Numbered from the stretch's first letter, positions 38,342-49,026 are shown. The stretch is DNA of 64,000 nt from Candidatus Latescibacterota bacterium (GCA_965116885.1 OZ220741.1:1760001-1824000); one strand, 5' to 3'. The notes: generated by a model from the letters alone, not told the origin. Made by a program: numbers and translations.

Positions 38342-39679
38342 TTATTCCGGACACCAGGTCGCGTCCAGTTTTCGATGTGTAAATGTTCTGGCATTTTCGC
38401 CGATGTAATCGTCCGCAATATGTCCGTCACCTGTTACTACGTATTTGTAGATGACGAGGCCTTCCAGACCTACGGGTCCGCGGCTGTGCAGGCGGTTGGT
38501 GCTGATGCCCACTTCGGCGCCGAGGCCATAGCGAAATCCGTCGGCAAATCGCGTGGAGGCATTGTGTATGACCGATGCCGAATCTACGGCTTGCAAAAAT
38601 CTCTTCGCGGCTTGCTGGTTTTCGGTTACGATCGAGTCGGTGTGGTGGCTGCTGTATTCGTTGATGTGGGCGATTGCTTCTTCAACCGAATCGACGACTT
38701 TGACGGATAGGACATAGTCGAGGTATTCGGTTGACCAATCGCTGTCACTGGCCGGGGTCAGGGCATCTGCGCTGGCGGCGAGGTCCAGGGTGCGGGCGTC
38801 GCCGCGGATTAGAACGCCCTGATCGGTGAGTTGTTGTATCGCCGTAGCGAAAAAGTTCCTGGCAATTTCGGCGTGTACCAGCAGGGTCTCGACAGCGTTG
38901 CAGACGGCTGCGTACTGTGTCTTGGAGTCGATGGCGATGCGCACGGCTTTTTTCAGGTCGGCGTCTTTATCTACGTACACATGGCAGATGCCGTCGGCGT
39001 GTCCCATGACGGGGATTTTGGTGTTGTTCATGATGTGTTGCACGAATTCATTGCCGCCGCGCGGGATGATCAGGTCGATGAGGTCGTGTAATTCGAGAAT
39101 ACCCGCGACTTCTTCTCGCGATTCCAGAAGGTGCATCCATCCTTCGGGGATGCCATCCAGGCCAGCCGTTGCAGCGATCATAATTTCGGCCAGTGCGCGG
39201 TTGGTGTGAAATGCTTCGCTGCCGCCTTTGAGCATGACGGCATTGCCCGATTTTAGACACAGGGTCGCGATTTGTACCAGCGCGTCAGGTCGCGATTCAA
39301 AGATCACGCCGATTACGCCGATTGGGACGGTTACGCGATAGAGGTTCAGGCCTTCGTCCAATTCGGTCGCGGCCTGTGTTTTGCCAATGGGGTCTTCCTG
39401 GGCCGCGACACTGTGAACACCAACTATTATTTCGCTGTCCAGTTTTTCAGCATCTACTTTCAGGCGCTTGATTAGCGGGAGGGTGATTTCCCCCTGTGCC
39501 AGCATTTTTTCTGCTGCTGCCTGATCGCGTTTGTTGGCGTCTAAAATGCGATCGCGATTTGCATGCAATGCCTGTGCTATGGCCTCAAGCGCGGCATTGC
39601 GCTGTTTTTCCGTTGCCTGACTCAATGCGAGTGCAGCTTGCCGTGCAGTTCTCGCCGCAGCTTTGATATCATCTGCCAT
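38342..39679 (-). CDS. proA: Gamma-glutamyl phosphate reductase
   Basis: IFESRP, CNAVETLL, NASTRFADGFRYGLGAEVGIST. Confidence 0.96.
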   Translation of the reverse strand: MADDIKAAARTARQAALALSQATEKQRNAALEAIAQALHANRDRILDANKRDQAAAEKMLAQGEITLPLIKRLKVDAEKLDSEIIVGVHSVAAQEDPIGKTQAATELDEGLNLYRVTVPIGVIGVIFESRPDALVQIATLCLKSGNAVMLKGGSEAFHTNRALAEIMIAATAGLDGIPEGWMHLLESREEVAGILELHDLIDLIIPRGGNEFVQHIMNNTKIPVMGHADGICHVYVDKDADLKKAVRIAIDSKTQYAAVCNAVETLLVHAEIARNFFATAIQQLTDQGVLIRGDARTLDLAASADALTPASDSDWSTEYLDYVLSVKVVDSVEEAIAHINEYSSHHTDSIVTENQQAAKRFLQAVDSASVIHNASTRFADGFRYGLGAEVGISTNRLHSRGPVGLEGLVIYKYVVTGDGHIADDYIGENARTFTHRKLDATWCPE

Positions 39680-39700
39680 GTTTCCTCCTAACACATCTAA

Positions 39701-41176
39701 CTAAAAGAATTGTCGTTTTGTGTCAATCCATCGGCTGATTGTTACTTTTTGTCGCGTGAAGAACGATATGCCTTCGGTGCCCTGTACATGTAAATCGCCG
39801 AAAAAGGAATTGTTCCACCCGGAGAAGGGGAAGAATGCCATGGGTGCGGGTACGCCGATGTTGATGCCGACCATGCCGGCATTTACCTCGTGGCGAAATT
39901 TGCGCGCGGCTCCGCCACTGGATGTGAACAATACGGCTGCGTTGCCGTATCCGCTGGCGTTGCATCGGGCAATGGCTCCGCTCAGGTCATCTGTGTGCAT
40001 GGTCGATAATACGGGTCCAAAAATTTCTTCCCGCGCAATGGACATCTGAGGTTTTACTTGATCGAAAATTGTCGCGCCCAGGTAGAAGCCATGCGGTGTT
40101 TCTTCGACGTGTACATCGCGTCCATCTACGATTAGTTCTGCGCCTTCTCGCAATCCGTTTTCAATATGTTTATGGATGCGGTCCAGGTGCGTTTTGGTCA
40201 CTACCGGTCCCATATCTACACTGGAGTCGCGGTCGGTTGGTCCCACCCGAAATTCGCGTGCGGTTTCACTGAGCGGTTCTAGGAAACGGTCGCCTGCACC
40301 TTCGGCACAGACGAGTACGCTGCCAGCCATGCACCGTTCGCCCGCGCAGCCATAAGCGGAGCCTATTACGGCTGCTACGGTTGAGTCCAGGTCGGCGTCG
40401 GGCAATACGATCAGGTAATTCTTTGCGCCACCGGCTGATTGTACGCGTTTGCCATTGCGGGTGGCTGTTTCATAGACATAGCGCGCCACGGGTGTTGATC
40501 CGACAAATGAAACGGTTTTGACTTCGGGATGGGCGAGCAGAGCATCTACCGCGTCTTTTCCACCGTGTGCGATGTTGAATACGCCGGGCGGTAATCCAGA
40601 TTCGGCCAATAATTCGCCAATTCGAATCGCACTTAAGGGTACGCGCTCCGATGGCTTTAATACGTAGGTGTTGCCACATACCAGGGCAATGGGCAATGTC
40701 CACATGGGTACCATAGATGGGAAGTTGAATGGCGTGATGCCTGCGGATACGCCTATGGGTTGTCGGATGGTGTCGCAATCAATTCCCTGTGCGATATTTT
40801 CCAGCGAGTCGCCCATCAAGAGCGCGGGCGCACCACAGGCAAATTCCGCGACTTCGATCCCGCGTCGAATTTCGCCTCGCGCATCTTCTATGGTTTTGCC
40901 GTTTTCGAGGGTTACAATTTGGGCCAGTTCTTCGAAGTGGGTTTCCATGAGCGCGACGAGTCGGAACATTACGCGCGCGCGGTCAACGGCTGGTGTATTT
41001 GCCCATTCGGGAAATGCATCTGCGGCTGATTGCACTACGCGATCTATTTCTGATGCGCCACATAAGGGTGTTGCGGCAATTTCTGTTCCATCCGATGGGT
41101 TGTAAACCGGTACTGTTTCCGTTGCTTCAGATGCCACCCATTCGCCATTGAGGAATAATTTGACTGTTTCGGCCAT
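39701..41176 (-). CDS. mmsA: CoA-acylating methylmalonate-semialdehyde dehydrogenase
   Basis: ITPFNFP, GGAKN, AGERCMA, GMVGINIGVPAP. Confidence 0.92.
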   Translation of the reverse strand: MAETVKLFLNGEWVASEATETVPVYNPSDGTEIAATPLCGASEIDRVVQSAADAFPEWANTPAVDRARVMFRLVALMETHFEELAQIVTLENGKTIEDARGEIRRGIEVAEFACGAPALLMGDSLENIAQGIDCDTIRQPIGVSAGITPFNFPSMVPMWTLPIALVCGNTYVLKPSERVPLSAIRIGELLAESGLPPGVFNIAHGGKDAVDALLAHPEVKTVSFVGSTPVARYVYETATRNGKRVQSAGGAKNYLIVLPDADLDSTVAAVIGSAYGCAGERCMAGSVLVCAEGAGDRFLEPLSETAREFRVGPTDRDSSVDMGPVVTKTHLDRIHKHIENGLREGAELIVDGRDVHVEETPHGFYLGATIFDQVKPQMSIAREEIFGPVLSTMHTDDLSGAIARCNASGYGNAAVLFTSSGGAARKFRHEVNAGMVGINIGVPAPMAFFPFSGWNNSFFGDLHVQGTEGISFFTRQKVTISRWIDTKRQFF

Positions 41177-41191
41177 GATTATCTCCTGTGC

Positions 41192-42649
41192 TCACTCCGC
41201 TCCGTGCTGTCGAAATTTTGGTGCTTCTCCGGGTACGGGCGAGTTGTCAAATGCGCCCCGATGGATTACGGCTTCTTCGCCACCCAGAGATTCAATCATT
41301 TCTCGTTGCGAGGTTTTGGCCAGGGTATCCACAGTTTCGGGATCGATGAGGTCGCGCAATTCGCGTTCGAAGTTTTCCACGACCTCCCGGTGATCGGGCG
41401 ATTGCGCGAGGTCGCTGCACTCTTCGGGGTCGTCTATGGTATCGAATAATTGCGGCGGGTTATTGACGTGATATATGTATTTGTATTGTCGATTGCGCAA
41501 CATATACGTCCCGTGCTGTGCGCCTATGGCGTGGTATTCGCTAAATACTGTGCGGTCGCGGTCTTCCTCTTGGGCAATAGGCCAGAGAGACTCGCCCGGC
41601 AATTCTGCGTCGTCTTCGGTTTGTTGCGCGCCCACGGCTTCCAAAATTGTTGGGAAGCTATCGACGAGCGATACGGGTGTTTCCACGACTTTACCCGCGG
41701 GAACGTCGGGACCTGCCATCAGAAAGGGTACGGCGGCCGATTCTTCATACATGGTAAATTTGCCGTATATGCCGCGTCCGCCCAGGTGTTCACCGTGGTC
41801 TGTTGTATAGATGATGCGGGTTGTGTCGGTTAGTTCCAGTTCGTCCAGGGTGTTTAGCACCCGACCAATTTGCCGATCCAGATATGTGCATACGCCGTAG
41901 TACGCGGCATTTAGCTGTCGCACGGTGGCTTCGGGAAACTGGGGATCAAATGTGAAGAATCGCCTGAAATAGTCCATTGCGGGATGGTCGGGCCAGTCCT
42001 CTGTTCGCCATTGTGGCGGCATGGGCAATTCGTCCGGGTCGTAGATGTCGTATGCGTCTGGCGGCGAGATATACGGTGGGTGTGGGCACACAAATGACAG
42101 GAACAGGCACCAGGGGGTCTGGTCTTCCCGGTGTTCTTGTAACCACTTTATGGCATTATCTGTATTGCGCTGGTCGTATTGTAAATACGTCGAGTCGCCC
42201 GGTCCCGCTTCTCGGATACCCGGCCGTTTGTTGCGAAAGGGCGGCTGTTCTCGGATAGAACCCAGTACATCGCCTATGCCATCTACGACGTTTAATGGTT
42301 CGATTTCTTCGGTGAATCCGTGATCCGTACCCTGGCCCTTAAAGTGCAATTTGCCTATTGATGTGGCGTTAAAACCCTGCTCGCGCAAGCGGTGGTGCCA
42401 GCTTGGCGTGTCTCCGATGTATGGGTGTCCATTATCCCAGTTGCCTATCTGATGTACGTAGCGTCCGGTGGCCAGAGATGCGCGCGCCGGTACGCAAATT
42501 GGACAGTTGGTGTAGGCATTGGTAAACCGCGTGCCCTGTTCGGATAGCCGATCCAGGCTGGGGGTTTGTACCATCGGGTGACCATAACATCCGAGTAGAT
42601 TGCGATTGTGTTGATCGGAGATGATGTAGAGCATGTTTGTCGGTTGCAT
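41192..42649 (-). CDS. Sulfatase (choline-sulfatase-like)
   Basis: SDQH, CVPAR signature, GKLH, DHGE. Confidence 0.92.
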   Translation of the reverse strand: MQPTNMLYIISDQHNRNLLGCYGHPMVQTPSLDRLSEQGTRFTNAYTNCPICVPARASLATGRYVHQIGNWDNGHPYIGDTPSWHHRLREQGFNATSIGKLHFKGQGTDHGFTEEIEPLNVVDGIGDVLGSIREQPPFRNKRPGIREAGPGDSTYLQYDQRNTDNAIKWLQEHREDQTPWCLFLSFVCPHPPYISPPDAYDIYDPDELPMPPQWRTEDWPDHPAMDYFRRFFTFDPQFPEATVRQLNAAYYGVCTYLDRQIGRVLNTLDELELTDTTRIIYTTDHGEHLGGRGIYGKFTMYEESAAVPFLMAGPDVPAGKVVETPVSLVDSFPTILEAVGAQQTEDDAELPGESLWPIAQEEDRDRTVFSEYHAIGAQHGTYMLRNRQYKYIYHVNNPPQLFDTIDDPEECSDLAQSPDHREVVENFERELRDLIDPETVDTLAKTSQREMIESLGGEEAVIHRGAFDNSPVPGEAPKFRQHGAE

Positions 42650-42691
42650 AAAGACCTCATAGAAGGGTGGAATATTAAATCAGCGATAGCA

Positions 42692-42718
42692 GTAGGGGCG
42701 GTGCCCCTGTGCCCGCCC
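42692..42718 (+). repeat. GTAG-type REP palindrome
   Basis: GTAGGGGCGGTGCCCCTGTGCCCGCCC. Confidence 0.8.
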
Positions 42719-42747
42719 GTTGAGTGGTAGAGTTACGCCGCCTATTA

Positions 42748-43269
42748 CTATTTCCATAAATTCATTACGGCACCATTTATTCCAAAGACGGGATCGGAAG
42801 CGGGCATTGGTACTTTGGGTATATTTTTCAGTGCGTGTTCGTGTTCACGGGCACTTTCTCGACACAGGTCCGAGTGCTGTCCATCGGGATACGCGCCTAC
42901 GACCAGTAAGTCTGAACTCGCGCCCAGGTTTTTGTGTCCCACGCCCGCGGGAATTACCATGACATCGCCAGGCCCGATTGTCAAGCGCACGCCCTGTTCT
43001 CCACCCATGCATACTCTGGCACTTCCCTGCGCTATGCCCAGTACTTCGTGCGCTGTGGCGTGGTAGTGGTGAAAGGGATAAATGCCATTGCGCCACGAAC
43101 GCGACCAGCGATTGGCGGCAAATACCTGCTCAAATGCCCGTGCAGGGTCGTTTTCGGGCAATGAAAGGGCGTCTTGATAGACGATGAGAGGGAACACGCT
43201 GTTTGGAACCACACCATCGTCTCGAAAATAGTGCGGTGTTATTTGCACATCTTCTTGAACGAATTCCAT
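42748..43269 (-). CDS. Cupin domain protein
   Basis: HHYHATAHEVL, GDVMVIPAGVGH, VGAYP. Confidence 0.88.
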   Translation of the reverse strand: MEFVQEDVQITPHYFRDDGVVPNSVFPLIVYQDALSLPENDPARAFEQVFAANRWSRSWRNGIYPFHHYHATAHEVLGIAQGSARVCMGGEQGVRLTIGPGDVMVIPAGVGHKNLGASSDLLVVGAYPDGQHSDLCRESAREHEHALKNIPKVPMPASDPVFGINGAVMNLWK

Positions 43270-43299
43270 AACTATCCTTTCGCATGGATTCAGGGGATT

Positions 43300-44082
43300 T
43301 TAAGTTATTGTCCTCATTACCTCAATGCACTCAGCTACCTGTTTCTCTGGAGATGGGGCGTTATTTTCTTCTTCCAGTACCAACCAGCCCGTGAATCCTT
43401 GTAGCGCGTTTTGCAGTGCTGATAGATCTAATATCCCTGTGCCCAATTGTGGTCGGGCTGCATTGCCTTTGGCGTCTTCTGAATGGTCTGCGAGGTGGAT
43501 GATGTGTAGTCTGTCTGAGAGTTCTCTGACCAATGCGATTGCGTCTTTGCCCGCCCGTATGTGGTGTCCGGTGTCAAAGGCGAATCCGACGTATGACGGA
43601 TCGGTATATGCCGCCAGTTTGACCAGTCCCTCTTGTTCAGATTCCCACCAGTGGTTGTGATAGGCGAGTTGAACGCCTTTGGGCGCGCAGTGTTCACCCA
43701 GGAGGTTCAGGCCTTCTGCGGTTTTTTCCCACATTTCGTCTGGCACGGATCCCTGTGTTGGTCGCCGTCCGCTGCAAACGATGTACTGTCCGCCAACAGC
43801 GGATACAAAGTCGGCGATTTGACTTCCCTCAGTTCTGATTTGTTTGCGCGAGGATTCATCCCAGTGTGCAGCACCGTAATGCGCGCCGATCAGTTCGAGA
43901 TTGGTTTCGGATAGGATGCGTTTGAATGCTTCGGGGTCTTGAAAATAGCGCTCCAGATTTTTCCAATTTGCTTCCAGGCCCCTGAAACACAGATTTCCGA
44001 TCTGGCGAACAACTGCGAGGAAGTCCGCTTCGTTGGGGTATATTCCTTTGCCAAATGATCTCGCCTGACATCCGAGTTTCAT
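43300..44082 (-). CDS. Sugar phosphate isomerase/epimerase (IolE-like TIM barrel)
   Basis: YHNHWWE, DTGH, HLAD, VLEE. Confidence 0.85.
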   Translation of the reverse strand: MKLGCQARSFGKGIYPNEADFLAVVRQIGNLCFRGLEANWKNLERYFQDPEAFKRILSETNLELIGAHYGAAHWDESSRKQIRTEGSQIADFVSAVGGQYIVCSGRRPTQGSVPDEMWEKTAEGLNLLGEHCAPKGVQLAYHNHWWESEQEGLVKLAAYTDPSYVGFAFDTGHHIRAGKDAIALVRELSDRLHIIHLADHSEDAKGNAARPQLGTGILDLSALQNALQGFTGWLVLEEENNAPSPEKQVAECIEVMRTIT

Positions 44083-44109
44083 TTTGTTTTCCTTCGGTAA
44101 AAAAAGCGC

Positions 44110-44180
44110 GAATAGACGAATAGACGAATGGCAACACTGATTCTGGGAGGATGGGCGGGGTTCGTAGATTCGCTGATTCG
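44110..44180. repeat. CGAAT-based 8-mer tandem repeats in inverted arrangement
   Basis: GAATAGAC repeats, then TTCGTAGA-TTCGCTGA-TTCG. Confidence 0.6.
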
Positions 44181-45182
44181 TTAAAGCTCGACTGTGATGG
44201 CTTTTCCTTCGCGGGAAGAGAAGTACGCGCCTTCACTTACCGCTACTTGTGCGAGTCCATCTCGCAGGCTCGCTCCGGGTGACACGTCTGTTCGCCCTTC
44301 TTTCACGCATTGCGCGAAGTGCGTCCACATGTCGGTCGGCGGCTGTCCCAAGCCCGTCCATTCTCCTTTTTTCAGGTCAATCGGTGTTTTGTCTTCTTCA
44401 AATCCGCGATGTGTCACGTATCGGATTCTATTGCGTTCTGTTGCCGAAATATTTCCCCTCAAGCCCGCCATCTGATAGATGTTCTGCATCTGGATGCCCG
44501 CCATGCTGCCGGTCATACACACGATTTGTCCGTTTTCGCACCGGGTTGTGATGTTGACAAATTCTACGGCGTCTTTGTCGGGTTTGAACAGGCCGCAACG
44601 CTCGTGTCCCATGACTTCCACGGGCAAAGAGCCTGTCCACCACAAAGCGAGGTCCATGGTGTGTGAGAGCGCGTCGAGGATGCCGCTGTAGTGTTCGGGG
44701 AAGAAATACTGCGGGTTAAAAAATCCGCGCTGAAGTGTTACATTGGTTTGTATCAGGTCAATCCTTGAGGCGAGTGCTTTCATTTCCTGGGCAAAAGCCG
44801 TGAAGCGAGATTGATAGCCCACCATTGCTACGACGTTATTTTTTTCTGCTATTTCACAAATTTCTACGCCCGATTCAATGCTGTCGCAGTATGGCTTTTC
44901 GACCAGGAATGGTTTGCCTGCCGCGGCGGCATCGCGCATGACGCCTGCGTGGTGTCGCGTGTGTGTCGCAATTGCCAGGGCGTCGATGTCGTCCCGCGCG
45001 ATGACTTCCCGATGGTCGAGTTCGTATTTTACGTTGAAATTTTCAGCCGCGTTTTTGGCGCGTTCTTCATCCAGGTCGCACACGAGTGCGAGTTCGGCTT
45101 CATCGCATCCCAATAGCTCGCGTGCATGCGACGGGCCGCGCTGTCCTGTGCCAATGACCGCTACGCGAATTTTGTTTGACAT
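44181..45182 (-). CDS. Gfo/Idh/MocA family oxidoreductase
   Basis: VIGTGQRG, EKP, GYQSRF. Confidence 0.9.
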   Translation of the reverse strand: MSNKIRVAVIGTGQRGPSHARELLGCDEAELALVCDLDEERAKNAAENFNVKYELDHREVIARDDIDALAIATHTRHHAGVMRDAAAAGKPFLVEKPYCDSIESGVEICEIAEKNNVVAMVGYQSRFTAFAQEMKALASRIDLIQTNVTLQRGFFNPQYFFPEHYSGILDALSHTMDLALWWTGSLPVEVMGHERCGLFKPDKDAVEFVNITTRCENGQIVCMTGSMAGIQMQNIYQMAGLRGNISATERNRIRYVTHRGFEEDKTPIDLKKGEWTGLGQPPTDMWTHFAQCVKEGRTDVSPGASLRDGLAQVAVSEGAYFSSREGKAITVEL

Positions 45183-45197
45183 AATACGCTCCTTTGA

Positions 45198-45236
45198 ACG
45201 AATAGACGAATAGACGAATAGACGAATAGACGATAG
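45198..45236. repeat. ACGAATAG tandem repeat (four full units and one partial)
   Basis: Direct reading. Confidence 0.75.
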
Positions 45237-45253
45237 CAGTTTATCTACACAAT

Positions 45254-45280
45254 GTAGGGGCGGTGCCCCTGTGCCCGCCC
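45254..45280 (+). repeat. GTAG-type REP palindrome
   Basis: Identical to 42692-42718. Confidence 0.8.
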
Positions 45281-45445
45281 ATTGGGTGGTTGGGCAGGGT
45301 TCTCAAAGTTAAAAAGAAAAATAACTACCAATTTCTCAATCCGTCAACAAAAATAGCCCGTTCTGTCTTGACAAGTGCTCAAAGGTGTCAGTACTTTTGG
45401 TTTAACAGGTATTGAGACACCCATGAAGTGGATACGGAGGATTCA

Positions 45446-46591
45446 ATGAGCGATATAGGTGGAAAAATAGGTGCTGCACCCATTACGGCTCCGGGCTGGA
45501 CCGGGAAGTCCAGAGAAGGCGTTGCGATTGTCGATTGCGATGTTCACCAAAATTTTCGCCGCCCGGAAGATTTGTTGCCGCATCTTTCCAAATTCTATCA
45601 GGAGCATCTCTACGATCAGGGTTTGCATTTGCCCGGCGGTGGATATCCCAATATGCCTTTCCGCGCCAACAGACCGGATTTGAAAGATCCGGATCTCAAG
45701 GAGCGGGATTTCAATTTTTCCGTTGAGTTTTTGCAGAAGGAGCATCTCGACCGCTGGCATATCGATTACGCGCTGTTGACGGGTCCACCGCCTTTTTACG
45801 GGTATTCGGGTTTGCCGGATCCGGATTGGGCGGCTGCGCTGTGTCGCGCGTTCAACGATTGGACGATTGAGCACTGGCTCAGTCGCGATGACCGTCTCGT
45901 CAATGCGATTCTCGTTTCGCCTACCGATCCGTCTCAGGCGGTCGATGAAATTAACAGGCTGGCGCATCGCAAAGATACGGTTGCGGTGATGGTGCCGATG
46001 GGTACGATGATGCCTTTTGGCAATCGCTTTTACCATCCGATATGGGAGGCGTGTGAGAATCACGGGTTGCCAGTGGTTTCTCATGTGGGTGGCGGTGGGG
46101 GAGCGACGCGGACTGTTCCGACTCCGGTGGGTTTTCCCACGTATTATATGGAGTCCAGGATGAGCCGTCCGTATATGGCGAGTTCCCATGCGGCGTCGTT
46201 GATTTGTGAAGGTATTTTTGAGAAGTTTCCAAATTTGAAGTTTGCGCTTATTGAAGCACAGCAGTTTTGGGCTGTTCCGCTGATGTGGCACATGGATTCG
46301 GACTGGAAGGCGTTGCGCGACCAGACGCCGTGGCTCAGGCGTTTGCCGAGCGAGTATTTCCGCGACCATATTCGGGTTGGCTCACAGCCCTTGCACGAGC
46401 CTGAGCGCCCCGAGCAAATACACCAGATGCTGGATATGTTACACGCCGATGAGACGCTTATTTATTGTTCGGATTTTCCCCATTTTGACTGGAATGATCC
46501 CGTGACGACATTTCCCAGGCTGGCAGAGGATTTGCATCAGCGTATTTTTGCCGATAATGCCCTGGAGATGCTGCGTATGGAGGTTGTGTAA
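45446..46591 (+). CDS. Amidohydrolase family protein (amidohydro_2)
   Basis: DCDVH, GIFEKFPNLKF..IE, SDFPHFD; pairing with a Rieske gene. Confidence 0.88.
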   Translation: MSDIGGKIGAAPITAPGWTGKSREGVAIVDCDVHQNFRRPEDLLPHLSKFYQEHLYDQGLHLPGGGYPNMPFRANRPDLKDPDLKERDFNFSVEFLQKEHLDRWHIDYALLTGPPPFYGYSGLPDPDWAAALCRAFNDWTIEHWLSRDDRLVNAILVSPTDPSQAVDEINRLAHRKDTVAVMVPMGTMMPFGNRFYHPIWEACENHGLPVVSHVGGGGGATRTVPTPVGFPTYYMESRMSRPYMASSHAASLICEGIFEKFPNLKFALIEAQQFWAVPLMWHMDSDWKALRDQTPWLRRLPSEYFRDHIRVGSQPLHEPERPEQIHQMLDMLHADETLIYCSDFPHFDWNDPVTTFPRLAEDLHQRIFADNALEMLRMEVV

Positions 46592-46969
46592 ATGGCGCGT
46601 ATTGTGGTTGCCAGGGTTTCGGAGATACCGCCTGGACAGCGCAAAATTGTGGTGCCATTTCGCGGGCGCGCCGGGATTGGCATTTTTAATGTGGGGGGGA
46701 CGTTTTACGCGGTTCGCAATATTTGTCCGCATAAGAATGGTCCGCTTTGCACAGGGACACTCGGCGGTCGGGTGACGACTCAGGCGCCGCCTTCGACGGG
46801 GGAGGGCGAGATTTCCATTGATGGCGATGGCGAGATTCTGCACTGCCCGTGGCATCAGTGGTCTTTTGAGATTTCAACGGGACGCTGTCTGGTGGATCCG
46901 GAGGTGTATGTCAAGACCTACGCGGTAGAAATTGACGGCGATGATGTTGTCGTCACTTATGATGACTAA
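46592..46969 (+). CDS. Rieske (2Fe-2S) ferredoxin
   Basis: CPH...CPWH. Confidence 0.92.
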   Translation: MARIVVARVSEIPPGQRKIVVPFRGRAGIGIFNVGGTFYAVRNICPHKNGPLCTGTLGGRVTTQAPPSTGEGEISIDGDGEILHCPWHQWSFEISTGRCLVDPEVYVKTYAVEIDGDDVVVTYDD

Positions 46970-46976
46970 GGTCGTT

Positions 46977-48971
46977 ATGGCACGCGCTCAACCTTCAGAG
47001 GATGTATCAGAACAAAAACGGCCGGTTATTACCGTGCGGGCAGTTGTATTGGGCGTGGCTACGGGGGTTTTGCTCAATACTTATACCAATTACACGGGGA
47101 TGGTGCTCGTCAATAGCGCGCTGGTCAAGTCACAACTTCCGATGTCTGTGTTGCTGCCTTTTGTGGGATGGATTGGCGTCAATCTCGTTCTCAGATTTTT
47201 TTGGCCCCGCATTGCGCTTTCCAGTTCTGAACTCGTCTTGATTTACAGTATGTCGTGGATCGTGGGGACGATTCCCGTTGCGGGATGGGCCACGTACTGG
47301 GGCGGTATTGTCAGTTCCCCGACTTATTATGCTTCGCCGGAAAACCGATGGGAGGAGTTTCTTTTTGATGTTATGCCCTGGTGGGTATTGCCCCAGGCGT
47401 CGCAGGGGTCTATAACGACCTTTTACGAGGGGCTGCCGCCGGGCGAGAGCATTCCGTGGGGCAATTGGATAGGTACACTTTGCTGGTGGTTCAGTTTGTC
47501 TATCGCGCTTGTGGTGGCCGCGCTTTGTGTTTCGGTTATTTTTCAGAGGCAGTGGGAAGATGCCGAAAAGCTGACGTTTCCTCTGGTGACGTTCCCGGTC
47601 GCGCTGACCGAGGGTTTTGACGGTAAAGAGCGCATTCCCGCGATGTTCAAAGACGGCATCTTCTGGGCGGGTGTGCTAATTGTGCTGCTGGTTTATGTCT
47701 ATAATATCATCACGTATTTTGCGCCCAATTTGCCCCATATGGGGATTTACGATTCGGTGCGTATCGCGAATAAGGATGTCATTATTGCAGAACATTTCCC
47801 GCCTTTGAGGCTGCGTATCATGCCGCCCGTTATTGGGCTGACCTATTTGTGCAATCTCGATATTCTTCTTTCTTTTTGGGCATTTCGGCTTTTTGCGATT
47901 TTGAAAGAGGGATTTATCAATCGCGTTGGATATACGGTGGGCTATACGGGTCAGCAGGCAGATGCGTATGAGATTTTGCTGCTGGAATCCCACGGGGCTT
48001 TTGTCTTTCTCGCGCTGTGGTCGGTGTGGATTGCTCGGGGGCATTTGCGCAGGGTGTTTCAGGCGGCAATAGAAGGTTGCCGATCTCCCAAAGACGATGG
48101 TCTTATTCCCTATCGGTTCGCGCTTGTGGGGTTGGTGATCTCTACGGTTTTTGTCGTGGGGTTTGTCACGTATATGGGGCTTTCGCTGCCTCTTGCGATT
48201 CTTCAGGTGGTGTTGCTCTATATTGCCTATTTTACTATTGCGAAATACACGGCGGCGAGTGGGTTCTCCTATTTGTTTCCGGTGGCGGTCCGGGGTGGAC
48301 GTATTATTGAGAGTCTGATTGGCTATTCGACGTTTACGCGCAGGGAGGTCGTCGGTCTGGGTCTCGTCAATTCCAATATGTTTTTTGGGAATTACCGCAT
48401 TCCGGTCTGGCCTTCGTTGCCCCACCATCTCAAGCTTTTTTCGTCCGAAGTGAGACGGAAGCGGGTTGTTTGGACGATTTTTTTGGCTTTTTCGACGTGT
48501 TTTTTCGCGTCTATGCTCTATACGATTTATCTGGGTTATGACAATGCGGCGCAGAATTTGGGGTTGGGTGGATTTCAAGGTGGCAATCGGAATCTCTATA
48601 ATCGCATGGTTTCAATTATTGTGCAGGCCGATAAGACGGTGTTCGATCCGGCCAAGGCGACTGTGTGGGTTCTGGGTGTGCTTTTTGCCGGGTTGCTTAC
48701 GCTTTTGAGAAATCGCGTGCCCTGGTGGCCACTGCATCCGATGGGGCTGGCTTTTCAGATTAGCCTGGGGTCGAGGACTTATGCTTTCAGTATGTTCCTG
48801 ACGTGGTCGGCCAAGCATATGATTCTGCGGTTTGGCGGTATTCCGCTTTACAATCGCGTGCGTCCGTTTTTCTTTGGTCTCGTTGTTGGATATGTGACGG
48901 GGTGCGCGCTTTCTTCGCTTGTGGATTATATTTGGTTTCCGTCAACGCCGCACTGGACGCATGGATGGTAG
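46977..48971 (+). CDS. Large polytopic membrane protein, DUF6785/DUF6784-like (putative peptide transporter)
   Basis: QWEDAEKLTFPL, WWPLHPMG, RFGG...Y...RPFFFGL motifs; many TMs. Confidence 0.72.
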   Translation: MARAQPSEDVSEQKRPVITVRAVVLGVATGVLLNTYTNYTGMVLVNSALVKSQLPMSVLLPFVGWIGVNLVLRFFWPRIALSSSELVLIYSMSWIVGTIPVAGWATYWGGIVSSPTYYASPENRWEEFLFDVMPWWVLPQASQGSITTFYEGLPPGESIPWGNWIGTLCWWFSLSIALVVAALCVSVIFQRQWEDAEKLTFPLVTFPVALTEGFDGKERIPAMFKDGIFWAGVLIVLLVYVYNIITYFAPNLPHMGIYDSVRIANKDVIIAEHFPPLRLRIMPPVIGLTYLCNLDILLSFWAFRLFAILKEGFINRVGYTVGYTGQQADAYEILLLESHGAFVFLALWSVWIARGHLRRVFQAAIEGCRSPKDDGLIPYRFALVGLVISTVFVVGFVTYMGLSLPLAILQVVLLYIAYFTIAKYTAASGFSYLFPVAVRGGRIIESLIGYSTFTRREVVGLGLVNSNMFFGNYRIPVWPSLPHHLKLFSSEVRRKRVVWTIFLAFSTCFFASMLYTIYLGYDNAAQNLGLGGFQGGNRNLYNRMVSIIVQADKTVFDPAKATVWVLGVLFAGLLTLLRNRVPWWPLHPMGLAFQISLGSRTYAFSMFLTWSAKHMILRFGGIPLYNRVRPFFFGLVVGYVTGCALSSLVDYIWFPSTPHWTHGW

Positions 48972-49000
48972 AAGTGTGAAATAAAAAAGATGATACAGAT

Positions 49001-49026
49001 GTAGGGGCGACCCCCTGTGGTCGCCC
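49001..49026 (+). repeat. GTAG-type REP palindrome (variant)
   Basis: GTAGGGGCGACCCCCTGTGGTCGCCC. Confidence 0.75.

Noticed and set aside
44110..45236. 8-mer tandem repeats considered as a CRISPR array
   Set aside because: Units are contiguous, far too short, have no spacers, and no cas genes are present
45443..48578. 308-aa and 300-aa minus-strand ORFs
   Set aside because: Shadows of the amidohydrolase and membrane protein genes; Arg/His-rich composition typical of non-coding frames
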